Below, piece after piece: positions 38,601 to 46,231 of a DNA stretch of 64,000 nucleotides. The stretch spans positions 9,587-73,586 of the forward strand of contig JBBQRQ010000009.1 of NCBI GenBank assembly GCA_038214755.1, given 5' to 3'. Origin of the DNA: Verrucomicrobiota bacterium (GTDB lineage Bacteria; Verrucomicrobiota; Verrucomicrobiia; Limisphaerales; CANJXF01). Position 1 is the stretch's first letter, and each line of letters begins with the position of its first letter. Below the pieces are notes generated by a model. That model saw nothing but the letters and a program-made list of their open reading frames with translations. It did no database searches and was not told the DNA's origin. The translations under genes were made by a program, and so were the position numbers.

Positions 38601-39447
38601 TAACGGATCCAAAACTATTCGTGGCGTATAATGAATAGAATCCAGAGTTCCCCGCTCCAACATTGGTCAAAATCAAGGCGCTGTTGGTCGCCCCATTAAT
38701 GTTTGTATTATTATACCGCCATTGCAGTTGGATCGGCAGTAAACCACCTACAGCAAACTGGAGAGTGAATGTTTCGCCCGCTGGAATAAAATTCGACAAA
38801 GCCGGGGGGATTGTGATGGTCGGAGCAGAGGGGAAAACATGAACAGAGACGTTATCCAAACCCCAACTCTCGTCCTCAATTTGCTGTAAATTTTCGCCAT
38901 AAAATTCAATTGCAACAGAGTTGCTGCTGTGGTCGGCTTCAAACAAGAACCGATATATAAAATCCCCTCCGTATAGCGTATTTGTTAGCAACGCCCCTGT
39001 CCCTGTTGGATAATCTCCCCCCGGATATGCACCAGGGTAGGCCTGTCGCTTTTGTCCGCCCGAGTAGGCAAACGTAGTCCGTAGAAAATTTGTGCCTCCT
39101 TGAACTCTACAACCCCAAATATCAGGGCCGTATTGCGTGTCGTTACCATCCCATGAACCCAAGATGTAGAGGTCAAATGAGAGGCGAATCCGCTGGTGAG
39201 GCAGCAGATTCGTCAAAGTTAGCCGCACTGTCTGAAGGCCAAGTGGGCCAAGAAATTTCTCTCCAAAGGTAGGACTCGTTATATTTGTAACAGACCATTC
39301 CGAACCAGCGTTCGAGGAAAACCCGTTGGTATAAATAAGCTGGGGAGATGCGGAGCACCGAGCCAATCCAGTCTCCATAATTACGAGCAATAGCGCCGGA
39401 ATCAGGGCGAGGCTTCGTTTGGTTTTTGTGGCGCTTGCCGTTTTCAT
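35686..39447 (-). CDS. giant secreted protein: N-terminal SWDG-type domain, Ig-like, TSP3-like Ca-binding repeats, YD fragment, FG-GAP-like region, C-type-lectin-like domain
   Basis: Start at MKTASATKTKRSLALIPALLLVIMETGLARCSA (ATG at 39447); the track's additional 90 N-terminal aa overlap vapB. TSP3-like DTDGDGLSDYDE, DTDGDGMPDGWE, DSDGDGWTDYQEW. CTLD-like 36964-37305 (YWAGSGSAYFLTPTQSDWITAQSYAQQFGGNLVTIDSLAENNWL..WIGF..WISGSPSTFTNWAAGEPQN). Tail ..MRFYRIRFERP. Confidence 0.75.
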   Translation of the reverse strand: MKTASATKTKRSLALIPALLLVIMETGLARCSASPQLIYTNGFSSNAGSEWSVTNITSPTFGEKFLGPLGLQTVRLTLTNLLPHQRIRLSFDLYILGSWDGNDTQYGPDIWGCRVQGGTNFLRTTFAYSGGQKRQAYPGAYPGGDYPTGTGALLTNTLYGGDFIYRFLFEADHSSNSVAIEFYGENLQQIEDESWGLDNVSVHVFPSAPTITIPPALSNFIPAGETFTLQFAVGGLLPIQLQWRYNNTNINGATNSALILTNVGAGNSGFYSLYATNSFGSVTSAPVYLQVVSANGDEDGDGVDNITEFRIGTRIDHADTDGDGLSDYDELFVFGTNPLEKDTDGDGMPDGWEVQNGLNPRINDANDDADFDGLSNSQEYQYSLANTNTPFNPRNGYSRGLGLSDYEIFTGGQKTNRFFYDRTDRLVGEESSRGISLAYQYDGDGNPARYTVLSRAAETNGLPVLWRFLNGLTNNTSPYFDSDGDGWTDYQEWKAGSSPTNALSTPNLLGNPGINIASLVLPFTPSNFVVGVGQLDGIGAEEIVIGADGNPGTNTNFLLVLTETSSGWSTQRVDVGSFGITSIAVGQVTNRPSAAIYVGLRGTTNGSGRVMEFTSNGGFWQSNMVALSTNQAAFVLGVRGSDILISLATSNSPDGSLSAANFSTNWIVRPLLANVAHRGLGTVADLMANRTGFRLLDSGGVELTFAPPLPANATYWAGSGSAYFLTPTQSDWITAQSYAQQFGGNLVTIDSLAENNWLTTNFGVQAWIGFYRKTLADPYIWISGSPSTFTNWAAGEPQNFEFYTAIEANGQWRDYQVPLNIFPGIIEVPVRSLSEPSTAHTFNWRGSSLTSGFLRATNGSSIFYTFTDDKNANGLIDFGDDFVTAEYLVGGTNASLLTLSRQPIAALTLAQSYGLDSVNFLNASNEVFFTGEPDGQVFAWTATGTNPLQRQLFSAQNGGKAWHALAGVKRLGSGEGLIGLRVDPINQTRCDVILWPPQSVLPQTAGIVQTPPAAAVLPQTNILGSLAALRVRLWDAEGNASTPYLQYQFSGATNWQNATLTALDGAPYSSSNRVATLPTGVNHSLTWNVMGDLGGNVVTNVLLRARAQDFSLLGDWSPSTPFQINMNQDSNSNGIPDWWELQYFGNLSQTTNGDFDHDGVSNFVEYIADTNPTDPNSYPRISGAQRVPNGIRIDWQAGTQARQTLQTSLTLNPTNQVWLNVWTNQPPTSISSSYTDSLSTNGMRFYRIRFERP

Positions 39448-39470
39448 GCGGAGCGGGTAAGGTTTGCGGC

Positions 39471-39728
39471 ATGAGCACGCTGACGATTCAATTGCCGGAT
39501 GACTTGAAAGTAGAACTGACGGTGGCCGCGCGCCGGTCGGGGAAGACGCCTGCGCGATTTGTGCGCGAGACGCTGGAGCATCGCTTGAAGCCCGGTCGTG
39601 TCCGGGCGCGCAGCCGTGCGTCGCTTTATGAATTGAGCCGCGACCTGTGCGGGAGCGTGACGGGCGGGCCGCCTGATCTCGCGCGGAACAAAAAATATTT
39701 GAAGGGTTATGGCGCATGGAAACGGTGA
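39471..39728 (+). CDS. vapB: ribbon-helix-helix (CopG-like) antitoxin
   Basis: MSTLTIQLPDDLKVELTVAARRSGKTPARFVRETLEHRL. Overlaps the downstream PIN gene by 13 nt. Confidence 0.75.
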   Translation: MSTLTIQLPDDLKVELTVAARRSGKTPARFVRETLEHRLKPGRVRARSRASLYELSRDLCGSVTGGPPDLARNKKYLKGYGAWKR

Positions 39729-40129
39729 TGGTGGATGCCGGGCCGTTGGTGGCTTATCTCAAGCGTGACGACGGGGATCACGTTTGGGCGAAGGAAGTGT
39801 TTCAACGTCTCACCACTCCGCTCTTGACATGTGACGCGGTATTGGGCGAAGTGGTTTTTCTTTTGCAGCAAACTCACGGCGGCACGCGACAATTGATCGA
39901 GCTTTTGGAGAATGGCCTCGTCGTGCCCGCCTTCGATCTGGCCGGCGAACTTCCCGCCGTGGGAGAATTGCTCCGCAAATATGAGAGCGTGCCGATGTCG
40001 CTGGCGGACGCCTGTCTGGTGCGGATGGCGGAATTGCACCGGGACGCGGTGGTGCTCACGCTGGACGGAGACTTCCGAATCTATCGCAAGAACCGGCGGC
40101 AGGCGATCCCGCTGATTTGCCCGGAGTGA
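39716..40129 (+). CDS. vapC: PIN-domain toxin (VapC-type ribonuclease)
   Basis: METVMVDAGPLVAYL..D..H (first acidic residue after the beta1 strand), TCDAVLGEVVFLL, SLADACLVRMAE, VLTLDGDFRIY. This is the typical PIN layout. Confidence 0.85.
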   Translation: METVMVDAGPLVAYLKRDDGDHVWAKEVFQRLTTPLLTCDAVLGEVVFLLQQTHGGTRQLIELLENGLVVPAFDLAGELPAVGELLRKYESVPMSLADACLVRMAELHRDAVVLTLDGDFRIYRKNRRQAIPLICPE

Positions 40130-40155
40130 TAGAACGCGGGGCGTGGAATAACACA

Positions 40156-40581
40156 ATGCCAACGATGAAAACCAAGAACCCCAATCCCGGCTCGCACGAA
40201 CATCTCCTACAGATTGTCGAGAAGCTGCCGAGCGATTTCGAGCCGTTCGGACGGCGGAAGCATCGTGGCTCGGATTGTTCGTGCGGTTGCAAACATTTTC
40301 TGAAGCTGGCTGGCGAGCTTGGTTCTGATTGGGGTGTCTGCGAGAATTCCAAAAGCCCGCGCTGCGGTTTGCTGACATTTGAGCATCAAGGTTGTTCTGA
40401 ATTTGAATCAGCGGAACGGTCGGCGCATGCATCACGACGGCATCCAGTTCTGGCAACGGAAACGCGCCACGCTCCAGCGGGTGGGCTGGGTGTAACCAGA
40501 ATGAATCGTGAGCACGGAAGCTTGGCTCGCAAGACAAGCGCGGCGGCACGAGCGCCGGAATCAGGGCGGGGCGGCGTTTGA
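40156..40581 (+). CDS. small Cys-rich hypothetical protein (DUF3027-like by memory, unverified)
   Basis: ATG 40156. GSDCSCGCKHFLKLAGELGSDWGVCENSKSPRCGLLTFEHQGCSEFE. The C-terminal ~55 aa are low-complexity and may not be genuine. Confidence 0.4.
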   Translation: MPTMKTKNPNPGSHEHLLQIVEKLPSDFEPFGRRKHRGSDCSCGCKHFLKLAGELGSDWGVCENSKSPRCGLLTFEHQGCSEFESAERSAHASRRHPVLATETRHAPAGGLGVTRMNREHGSLARKTSAAARAPESGRGGV

Positions 40582-40596
40582 TGTGGTGGCCTAAGT

Positions 40597-43500
40597 TCAT
40601 CGGCGGCGGGGGATCGTGAGAACTTGGCCTGGGCGAATGACATTCAGATTCTGGAGGCCGTTGGCGGCACCAATTGCTGCCGCACTGCTGCCGTAGTTGT
40701 ATCCAATGTTGCCGAGCGTGTCACCGGATTTGACTGTGTAGGTGGTTGATCCGCCTCCGCCGCTGCTGGTCGAAGTTGTGCCACCGCCTGATCCGCCACT
40801 TGGCTTTGTTGACGTCGCTGCTGTCGTCCCAGAGGCTTTGGGGGCAGCGACAGTGGCGGTGCGGCTAGGCATTGAAGGGGCTTGCGATGATGAAGCCTTC
40901 TGAACTCCGTATCCTAAAGAGTTAAGAATATTTCCGCCTACATTGCCGGCAGCATTTATTCCATTCATATATGAATTCATCAAAAACTTGGAAAACTTCA
41001 AGATTGGATCGGTTGTGTGATTGGCTACTTGATCACCGATATAAAATGCAACACCAACTCCGCCGACACTTGCCCCACTCTCAATAAGCTGTCCTCCAGC
41101 ATGTATAGTATGAGCGAATGATTTAAATTGAAATCCGAGCTCTGCAATTTGCTCGCGCCGTTCGTTTCCCATACCAGATGCAACAGTTAAATCTACAGCG
41201 GCGCTTTCAGCAAGGCCCTCAAGGCTTCCTTTAAACCAGCCAAGAGCAAATGCTGCTACCCACGGGTTCTGCCCATTTGGGTCAGTATACTTTAGCGGGT
41301 TTTCTTGCGCATAAGAAAACGCTTCTGGCTTCCACCCCGGCCCAATATTCTTCACCGGATCGCTGGATAGAAACACTCCTGCATCCGCCGAGTAATACCG
41401 CGCTCGCATGAAGTAGAGACCGGGCAATTCCTCCATCACGCCTTGTGAACCGACGAAAAGATACGAATTGGAAAATTGAGATTGAAAATTCGTTGAGCCG
41501 AGGCTGCGGCCATAGGGCGTATAGGCGTATTGCGCCACAAGGTTTGCGCTTCCATCGGTGAGCGCGCTGATGTTGGCTTGCGCATCGGCGTGATAACAGG
41601 TCAGGCCATTCGTAGCGTTTACTTTGTAGGACAGGTCGGGGCCGTGGACGTACCAGGCAGTGATGTTGCCACTGGCATCCGTGTCGCAGAGAGTCCGCTC
41701 CATGCTCCCTTGCAAGTCGAGAACGTAACGGGTTTCCACAGCATCCAACGTCCGCGAGATGCGGCGACCGAGCGCGTCGTAGCGGTTGGTGATAAGCTTG
41801 TCGGTCATCGGCATGAGCCGCCAGAAGATGGAAGTAGTGCGGTTATCTTCGTCGTAAGTCAGGGCCCAGCTTTGTCCACCACCACTGGCGTTGGTCATGT
41901 TGCCGCTGGCATCGTATTGATAGGTGAAGTTGTTTGTAGAATTCAGGACATCGACGCGATTGGTGATACGGCCCGCTGGGGTGAAGCGGGATGTTTCATC
42001 AATGAGCGACGGTAACGGCCAGGCAAATGTTCCTCGTTCGCCACCGCCGGTTTTGTTGCCATTGCGGTCGTAGGCGTAAGTCAGCGCGATGTTGATCGAG
42101 TTGGAACTGATAAGCGACGGCGCATAACTGAGGCTGGTAATTCGGCCTGCGGTATCAAAGGAGTTCGTCTGGGTAATGCCATTGGGGTAGGTCCGTGCCA
42201 GGAGACGGTCCGCCTTATCGTAAGAGTAAGTCATTTGCCTTCCCGCCCAATCCACTTGATTGGTGACGCGACCGATGGCATCGAAGCGGTTCACCAAAAC
42301 CTTCCCCGCTGGATAAGTCAACGCAACCACTCGCCCCAAAGCATCGTATCCATAATGAATGGTTTGTGAAAAAGCATCGGTCACGTCAATGGCGCGATCC
42401 AGTGAATCATAAGTAAAGCGCGTCGTGGTGGGCGTCAGTCCAACGCGACGAGTGATGGTGCGGGGATTGTTGTTGTCGTCGTAGCTGAAGGTGTTTTGTC
42501 TTCCGGTATTGAATGTCACGGATTGAACGCGACTAACCGGGTCGTAAATAAGAGTGCGCGTCGTGCCATTCGGATCGATTTGTTGTCGCAAGCGAAGAAG
42601 CTCGTCGTAGTCATAACTCCACTGGTTCGTGTCCTGATTGATCTCTGTCTTACGCTCATTACGCAGGCCGTAGGTCATGACGTAGTGACCGCCCAGCGCG
42701 TCCGTGATGTTGGTGATGTTGGCAACCCCATCGTAGTCATAGAGCCACTGGAAATTTTCGGCATCCACCCATTTGGTGAGGCGTCCGCGTCCATCATAAA
42801 AGTGCAGCGAAGGATAGCCGTTTGGCGTAGTAATTTGTTTAATTCGTCCGGCCGCATCGTAGGAAGTGGTTCTGGTATCGCCTTGAGGATTCGAGTCAGC
42901 AATCGCACGGTTTAACCGATCATAAGTTTTCGTCCAACGTTGAGCAACCTGATCCATTAACGCAATAACATTGCCGTTGGCATCAAAGACATTTGTCGTA
43001 GTAAACCCCAGCCCGTTACTCACTCGCTCCAGGCGATTGGCGGAATCATAATAATTCGTGCTGGTATTGCCTATTGGATCGGTGATGCGTTCCAGTTTTC
43101 CGCGAGTTGAGTAGAAAAATAAATTCGTATTACCCGAGCGATCTATTGTTTGGTTGCGTTGGTTTGCCGCGTCATAAAAATGCCGGGTGTTTTGTCCCTT
43201 GCCGTCGGAAGCAGCGAGGAGATTTCCATTGGCATCAAAGGTCCTGGTAAATATGCGGTTCAAGGGGTCCACGGTGCGGACAACATTGCCGTTAAGGTCG
43301 AGTGTTAAGAAGGTCAAATCTCCCAGCGGATTCATCTCGGCAAGTTTCCAGCCGACATCATTGAGCGTGTAAGTCCACGTGCTCAGCGCCGCGTCGGTTT
43401 TGGATTTCAAGAATCCATTCGTGTCGTAGCTCATGCTGGAAACGTGCGCGTTAGCATCCGTTGCGGTCATGACAAGTCCGTTAGTGAAATAAGTATAGGT

Positions 43501-45552
43501 CACCAAAGCGCCAAGCGCATCGTAATGACGAAGCAGGTTTCCGTTCGTATTGTTCAGTTCGTAAAAGTTCGTCCAGCCCAGAGGATTGATGTCCTGAGCC
43601 GCCTTATTGAAGAACGGATGGAAAACCCAGCGATTCACTTCGCCAAGCGCATTGGTGCTGGCAATGACATTAGCGCGGTCGTCATAGCCAAAAGTGGTCA
43701 TCCAGCCCAATGGTTCGGTGATGCTGATGCGATTGCCATTCGTGTCGTAAGTATAGGTGGTGATATTCGTCAGCGGGTCTTGCTGCGAGAGGATATGCCC
43801 CTTGCGGTCGTAGGTTTCAACCCATTGATTAGTTCCGGAATCGGTGCGCCGTATTTGTCGTTTGCCGGGCACTCCATACTCAGTCGTTGTTGCGCGATTC
43901 AATGCATCGACCTGATTGGTAATTCTCCCATACTTATCATATTGAACCAAAACATTCGTGTTGACGCGTGGATCGACGATTCGATCAAGCAAGCCGTTGG
44001 TGCTGTAAAGGAATTGCCATGTCGTATTGATATTTGTGTAAAGGCCGGAGGTGTTGGTGATGGATTTGGAGATGAGGCGGTTGGTCGAGTCGTAAGTAAA
44101 ATTGGCCAGCCATTGACCAAATGTGACGTTGGTGACCAGTCCTGCCTGGTAATTGAAAACATATTTGCCGCCAGCAGAATCCACAGCTTGCGTGACCACG
44201 CCGCTGATTTCGTTCCAAAGAATCTGGACGGCGTTGCTGTTGAAATCGCGGATGGCCGTAAGACGTCCACGCATGATGGCCGCACCGGAATCTGGTTTAC
44301 GAAAAATGTAAACAAGCCGCTCCGGCGTGGTCCATTGGCAGTTGGTGGAGGTAAGGGTGAATTCCCCGTGATACTCACGGTCCCGAGTGAAATACAAACC
44401 TGAGTTCAGATCCTTATCCCACGTTACGAGCGTGCCATCCCAAGACATCAAGCCAATAGTGTCCGTGTCGCCTAACGGGGAAAAAGCCTGGGCTGGCAGC
44501 ACCCGAGTTTCAAAAGTGTGGCGCCATCCTTTGCCCAGCGGGCCGGTGGCGTAGGGGTCGAAGTTGACCAAGCTGTAGGTCCCGGAGACGTTCGCGCTGC
44601 TATAGCCAAATCGGAAATCGAATGTGATTCCCGGCGTCGGTCGCGCCTGCGCGGTTTGCTGCCAGGAAAAACCACCCGACAACGGCGAGAGTGCGTCGCG
44701 ACCACCATTCTTTCGTGTATCGAAAGCGGATTGTTCACCCGCTTGATTCGCTTCTTCAAATGTCACAGGTCCGGAAGCAGTCGCGGATGCAGTTCCACTC
44801 GGCACCGGCGCAGGAGCAAAATTACGGAACTGGTCGGCGGTGTTGGTCGAGAATGCCAGAGGGAAGTAGCCTTTGAGATTCAAGGAGGGGTCGTTGGTTG
44901 GCTGGGAGGAGAACATGTTCTGGACGATGAACGCCTGCGCGTCGGTCGGAACGCTCTGGTAAACGGAAACCTCCTGCACTTCGCCGTAAAGGTATTGGCT
45001 TGAGCCCCAACCACCGATTGAAACCCCCTGAGTCACGGTGGAATTGCCGACCGTGCCGCCGCTGGAAAACATCAAGCGGCCATCTGTGTAGCCAGTGAAT
45101 ACCTCGCCCTGACGAACCACAGCGACATGATACCAACGCTCCAGATAAGGCCGGGCGATCAGAGTATTTGTGTACAATCCCGTTCCGCGCGCGGAGAACT
45201 CAATGTTCCCGGTGTTGATATTGAATTGAATCAGGTAAGCATGAGCGTCGGCCTGTGAACCGGTGAGCCGATTGACCAAAATGGTCATGTTTTCGGTAAG
45301 GTTCGTGCCGGATGGAATGGAGATCTTGAACCAGCACTGGACGATCATGGCATTGGCCGAGGAATTCCAACTCAGTCCACCTGTGGAATCGGTTACCTCA
45401 AGACGAGCGTTGCCGGGAAAGAGCGCAGCATGGCCGACGCAGATCGGGAGGAGTAGCACAGAGAACAGCAGAGAGACGCGAGAGCCAAAGACACGGTTCA
45501 CCGGGTGTCTTGCTCCATCGCGTTTCGAGAATCTGAGTTTATCCGCGTTCAT
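40597..45552 (-). CDS. RHS-repeat protein with N-terminal signal peptide and LamG-like domain, YD-repeat shell, and a C-terminal variable module plus LysM
   Basis: 1651-aa ORF with dozens of YD repeats (..YxYDxxGNxxxxTD..). Core-end motif YFMRARYYSADAGVFLSSDPV..YAQENPLKYTDPNGQ. It is followed by 223 aa: a ~125-aa Gly-rich hydrophobic module, an S/T/G linker, and LysM (YTVKSGDTLGNIGYNYG..NLNVIRPGQVLTIP, about 40609-40743). Confidence 0.9.
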   Translation of the reverse strand: MNADKLRFSKRDGARHPVNRVFGSRVSLLFSVLLLPICVGHAALFPGNARLEVTDSTGGLSWNSSANAMIVQCWFKISIPSGTNLTENMTILVNRLTGSQADAHAYLIQFNINTGNIEFSARGTGLYTNTLIARPYLERWYHVAVVRQGEVFTGYTDGRLMFSSGGTVGNSTVTQGVSIGGWGSSQYLYGEVQEVSVYQSVPTDAQAFIVQNMFSSQPTNDPSLNLKGYFPLAFSTNTADQFRNFAPAPVPSGTASATASGPVTFEEANQAGEQSAFDTRKNGGRDALSPLSGGFSWQQTAQARPTPGITFDFRFGYSSANVSGTYSLVNFDPYATGPLGKGWRHTFETRVLPAQAFSPLGDTDTIGLMSWDGTLVTWDKDLNSGLYFTRDREYHGEFTLTSTNCQWTTPERLVYIFRKPDSGAAIMRGRLTAIRDFNSNAVQILWNEISGVVTQAVDSAGGKYVFNYQAGLVTNVTFGQWLANFTYDSTNRLISKSITNTSGLYTNINTTWQFLYSTNGLLDRIVDPRVNTNVLVQYDKYGRITNQVDALNRATTTEYGVPGKRQIRRTDSGTNQWVETYDRKGHILSQQDPLTNITTYTYDTNGNRISITEPLGWMTTFGYDDRANVIASTNALGEVNRWVFHPFFNKAAQDINPLGWTNFYELNNTNGNLLRHYDALGALVTYTYFTNGLVMTATDANAHVSSMSYDTNGFLKSKTDAALSTWTYTLNDVGWKLAEMNPLGDLTFLTLDLNGNVVRTVDPLNRIFTRTFDANGNLLAASDGKGQNTRHFYDAANQRNQTIDRSGNTNLFFYSTRGKLERITDPIGNTSTNYYDSANRLERVSNGLGFTTTNVFDANGNVIALMDQVAQRWTKTYDRLNRAIADSNPQGDTRTTSYDAAGRIKQITTPNGYPSLHFYDGRGRLTKWVDAENFQWLYDYDGVANITNITDALGGHYVMTYGLRNERKTEINQDTNQWSYDYDELLRLRQQIDPNGTTRTLIYDPVSRVQSVTFNTGRQNTFSYDDNNNPRTITRRVGLTPTTTRFTYDSLDRAIDVTDAFSQTIHYGYDALGRVVALTYPAGKVLVNRFDAIGRVTNQVDWAGRQMTYSYDKADRLLARTYPNGITQTNSFDTAGRITSLSYAPSLISSNSINIALTYAYDRNGNKTGGGERGTFAWPLPSLIDETSRFTPAGRITNRVDVLNSTNNFTYQYDASGNMTNASGGGQSWALTYDEDNRTTSIFWRLMPMTDKLITNRYDALGRRISRTLDAVETRYVLDLQGSMERTLCDTDASGNITAWYVHGPDLSYKVNATNGLTCYHADAQANISALTDGSANLVAQYAYTPYGRSLGSTNFQSQFSNSYLFVGSQGVMEELPGLYFMRARYYSADAGVFLSSDPVKNIGPGWKPEAFSYAQENPLKYTDPNGQNPWVAAFALGWFKGSLEGLAESAAVDLTVASGMGNERREQIAELGFQFKSFAHTIHAGGQLIESGASVGGVGVAFYIGDQVANHTTDPILKFSKFLMNSYMNGINAAGNVGGNILNSLGYGVQKASSSQAPSMPSRTATVAAPKASGTTAATSTKPSGGSGGGTTSTSSGGGGSTTYTVKSGDTLGNIGYNYGSSAAAIGAANGLQNLNVIRPGQVLTIPRRR

Positions 45553-45558
45553 CCGAGG

Positions 45559-46050
45559 TTAAAATTTCGCAGCGGCCATTTGCTTTACATTGTTGCAGCG
45601 AACAACTTTGTAAGTTTGATTTTCGGCAAAGAGAACAATTTCTGATCGCAGGCCGTTCTGTTCCATTTTAAATGCCACACATTTTTCAGGAGAGACGCCC
45701 GCCTGCCTTGACCAAGTTTCCGCTTCTTTTGGGAACACTTCCTTTAATGACCCAAAGACGCCTTGCTTTTTCAGCAGAGTCAGGCCCGCATCTGAAATTT
45801 CGTCTTGCAGGCTTTTTCGGATGAAGTCCAGTTGTTCGTTGGAAGTCCGACTTCGGACTGCGTCAGGAATCACGATCCGGTCGAGGAAAGTCGAACTGCC
45901 TGAACTGAGGTCACCAGAAAATTGCCTTAGAGATACTAACGCCCGGCGTCGAGGCGCATCGTGCCTCCAATGAAAATACAAAAGGCAAGACACCGCCCCA
46001 ACCATCACCCCGCCAATTAGCCATGCCCGATTCATTGTGCGGCGTTTCAT
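45559..46050 (-). CDS. small membrane-anchored hypothetical protein, 6 nt upstream of the RHS gene
   Basis: 163 aa with one N-terminal TM helix (AWLIGGVMVGAVSCLLYF). Its stop lies 6 nt from the RHS ATG, suggesting an operon. Confidence 0.55.
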   Translation of the reverse strand: MKRRTMNRAWLIGGVMVGAVSCLLYFHWRHDAPRRRALVSLRQFSGDLSSGSSTFLDRIVIPDAVRSRTSNEQLDFIRKSLQDEISDAGLTLLKKQGVFGSLKEVFPKEAETWSRQAGVSPEKCVAFKMEQNGLRSEIVLFAENQTYKVVRCNNVKQMAAAKF

Positions 46051-46231
46051 TGTCCGGCTACTCTGCGCCTTTTTGTAGCGGGTGCAATGCTATTCTCGCC
46101 TTTTGGAAATTGCGGCACGCCGGGGACAAGGCGGTGAGTTTTTGTTGGATGTTGCATCTGGTGGCGTGAGGAACTTGACTCATTCCATACATTACTGATC
46201 CAGTTGGAGCCGGATGGCACCTATGGCTCCC

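Noticed and set aside
39448-39717. 90-aa N-terminal extension of the giant ORF 35686-39717
   Set aside because: It is Arg/Ser/Ala-rich and runs antisense through vapB. A good signal peptide begins at the internal Met (39447).
39707-40600. 297-aa minus-strand ORF
   Set aside because: It lies antisense to vapC and to the Cys-rich ORF, has low-complexity composition and shows no motifs.
43444-44403. 319-aa plus-strand ORF, and other ORFs antisense to the RHS gene
   Set aside because: They are nested antisense in the 1651-aa RHS ORF, whose YD repeats are unambiguous.
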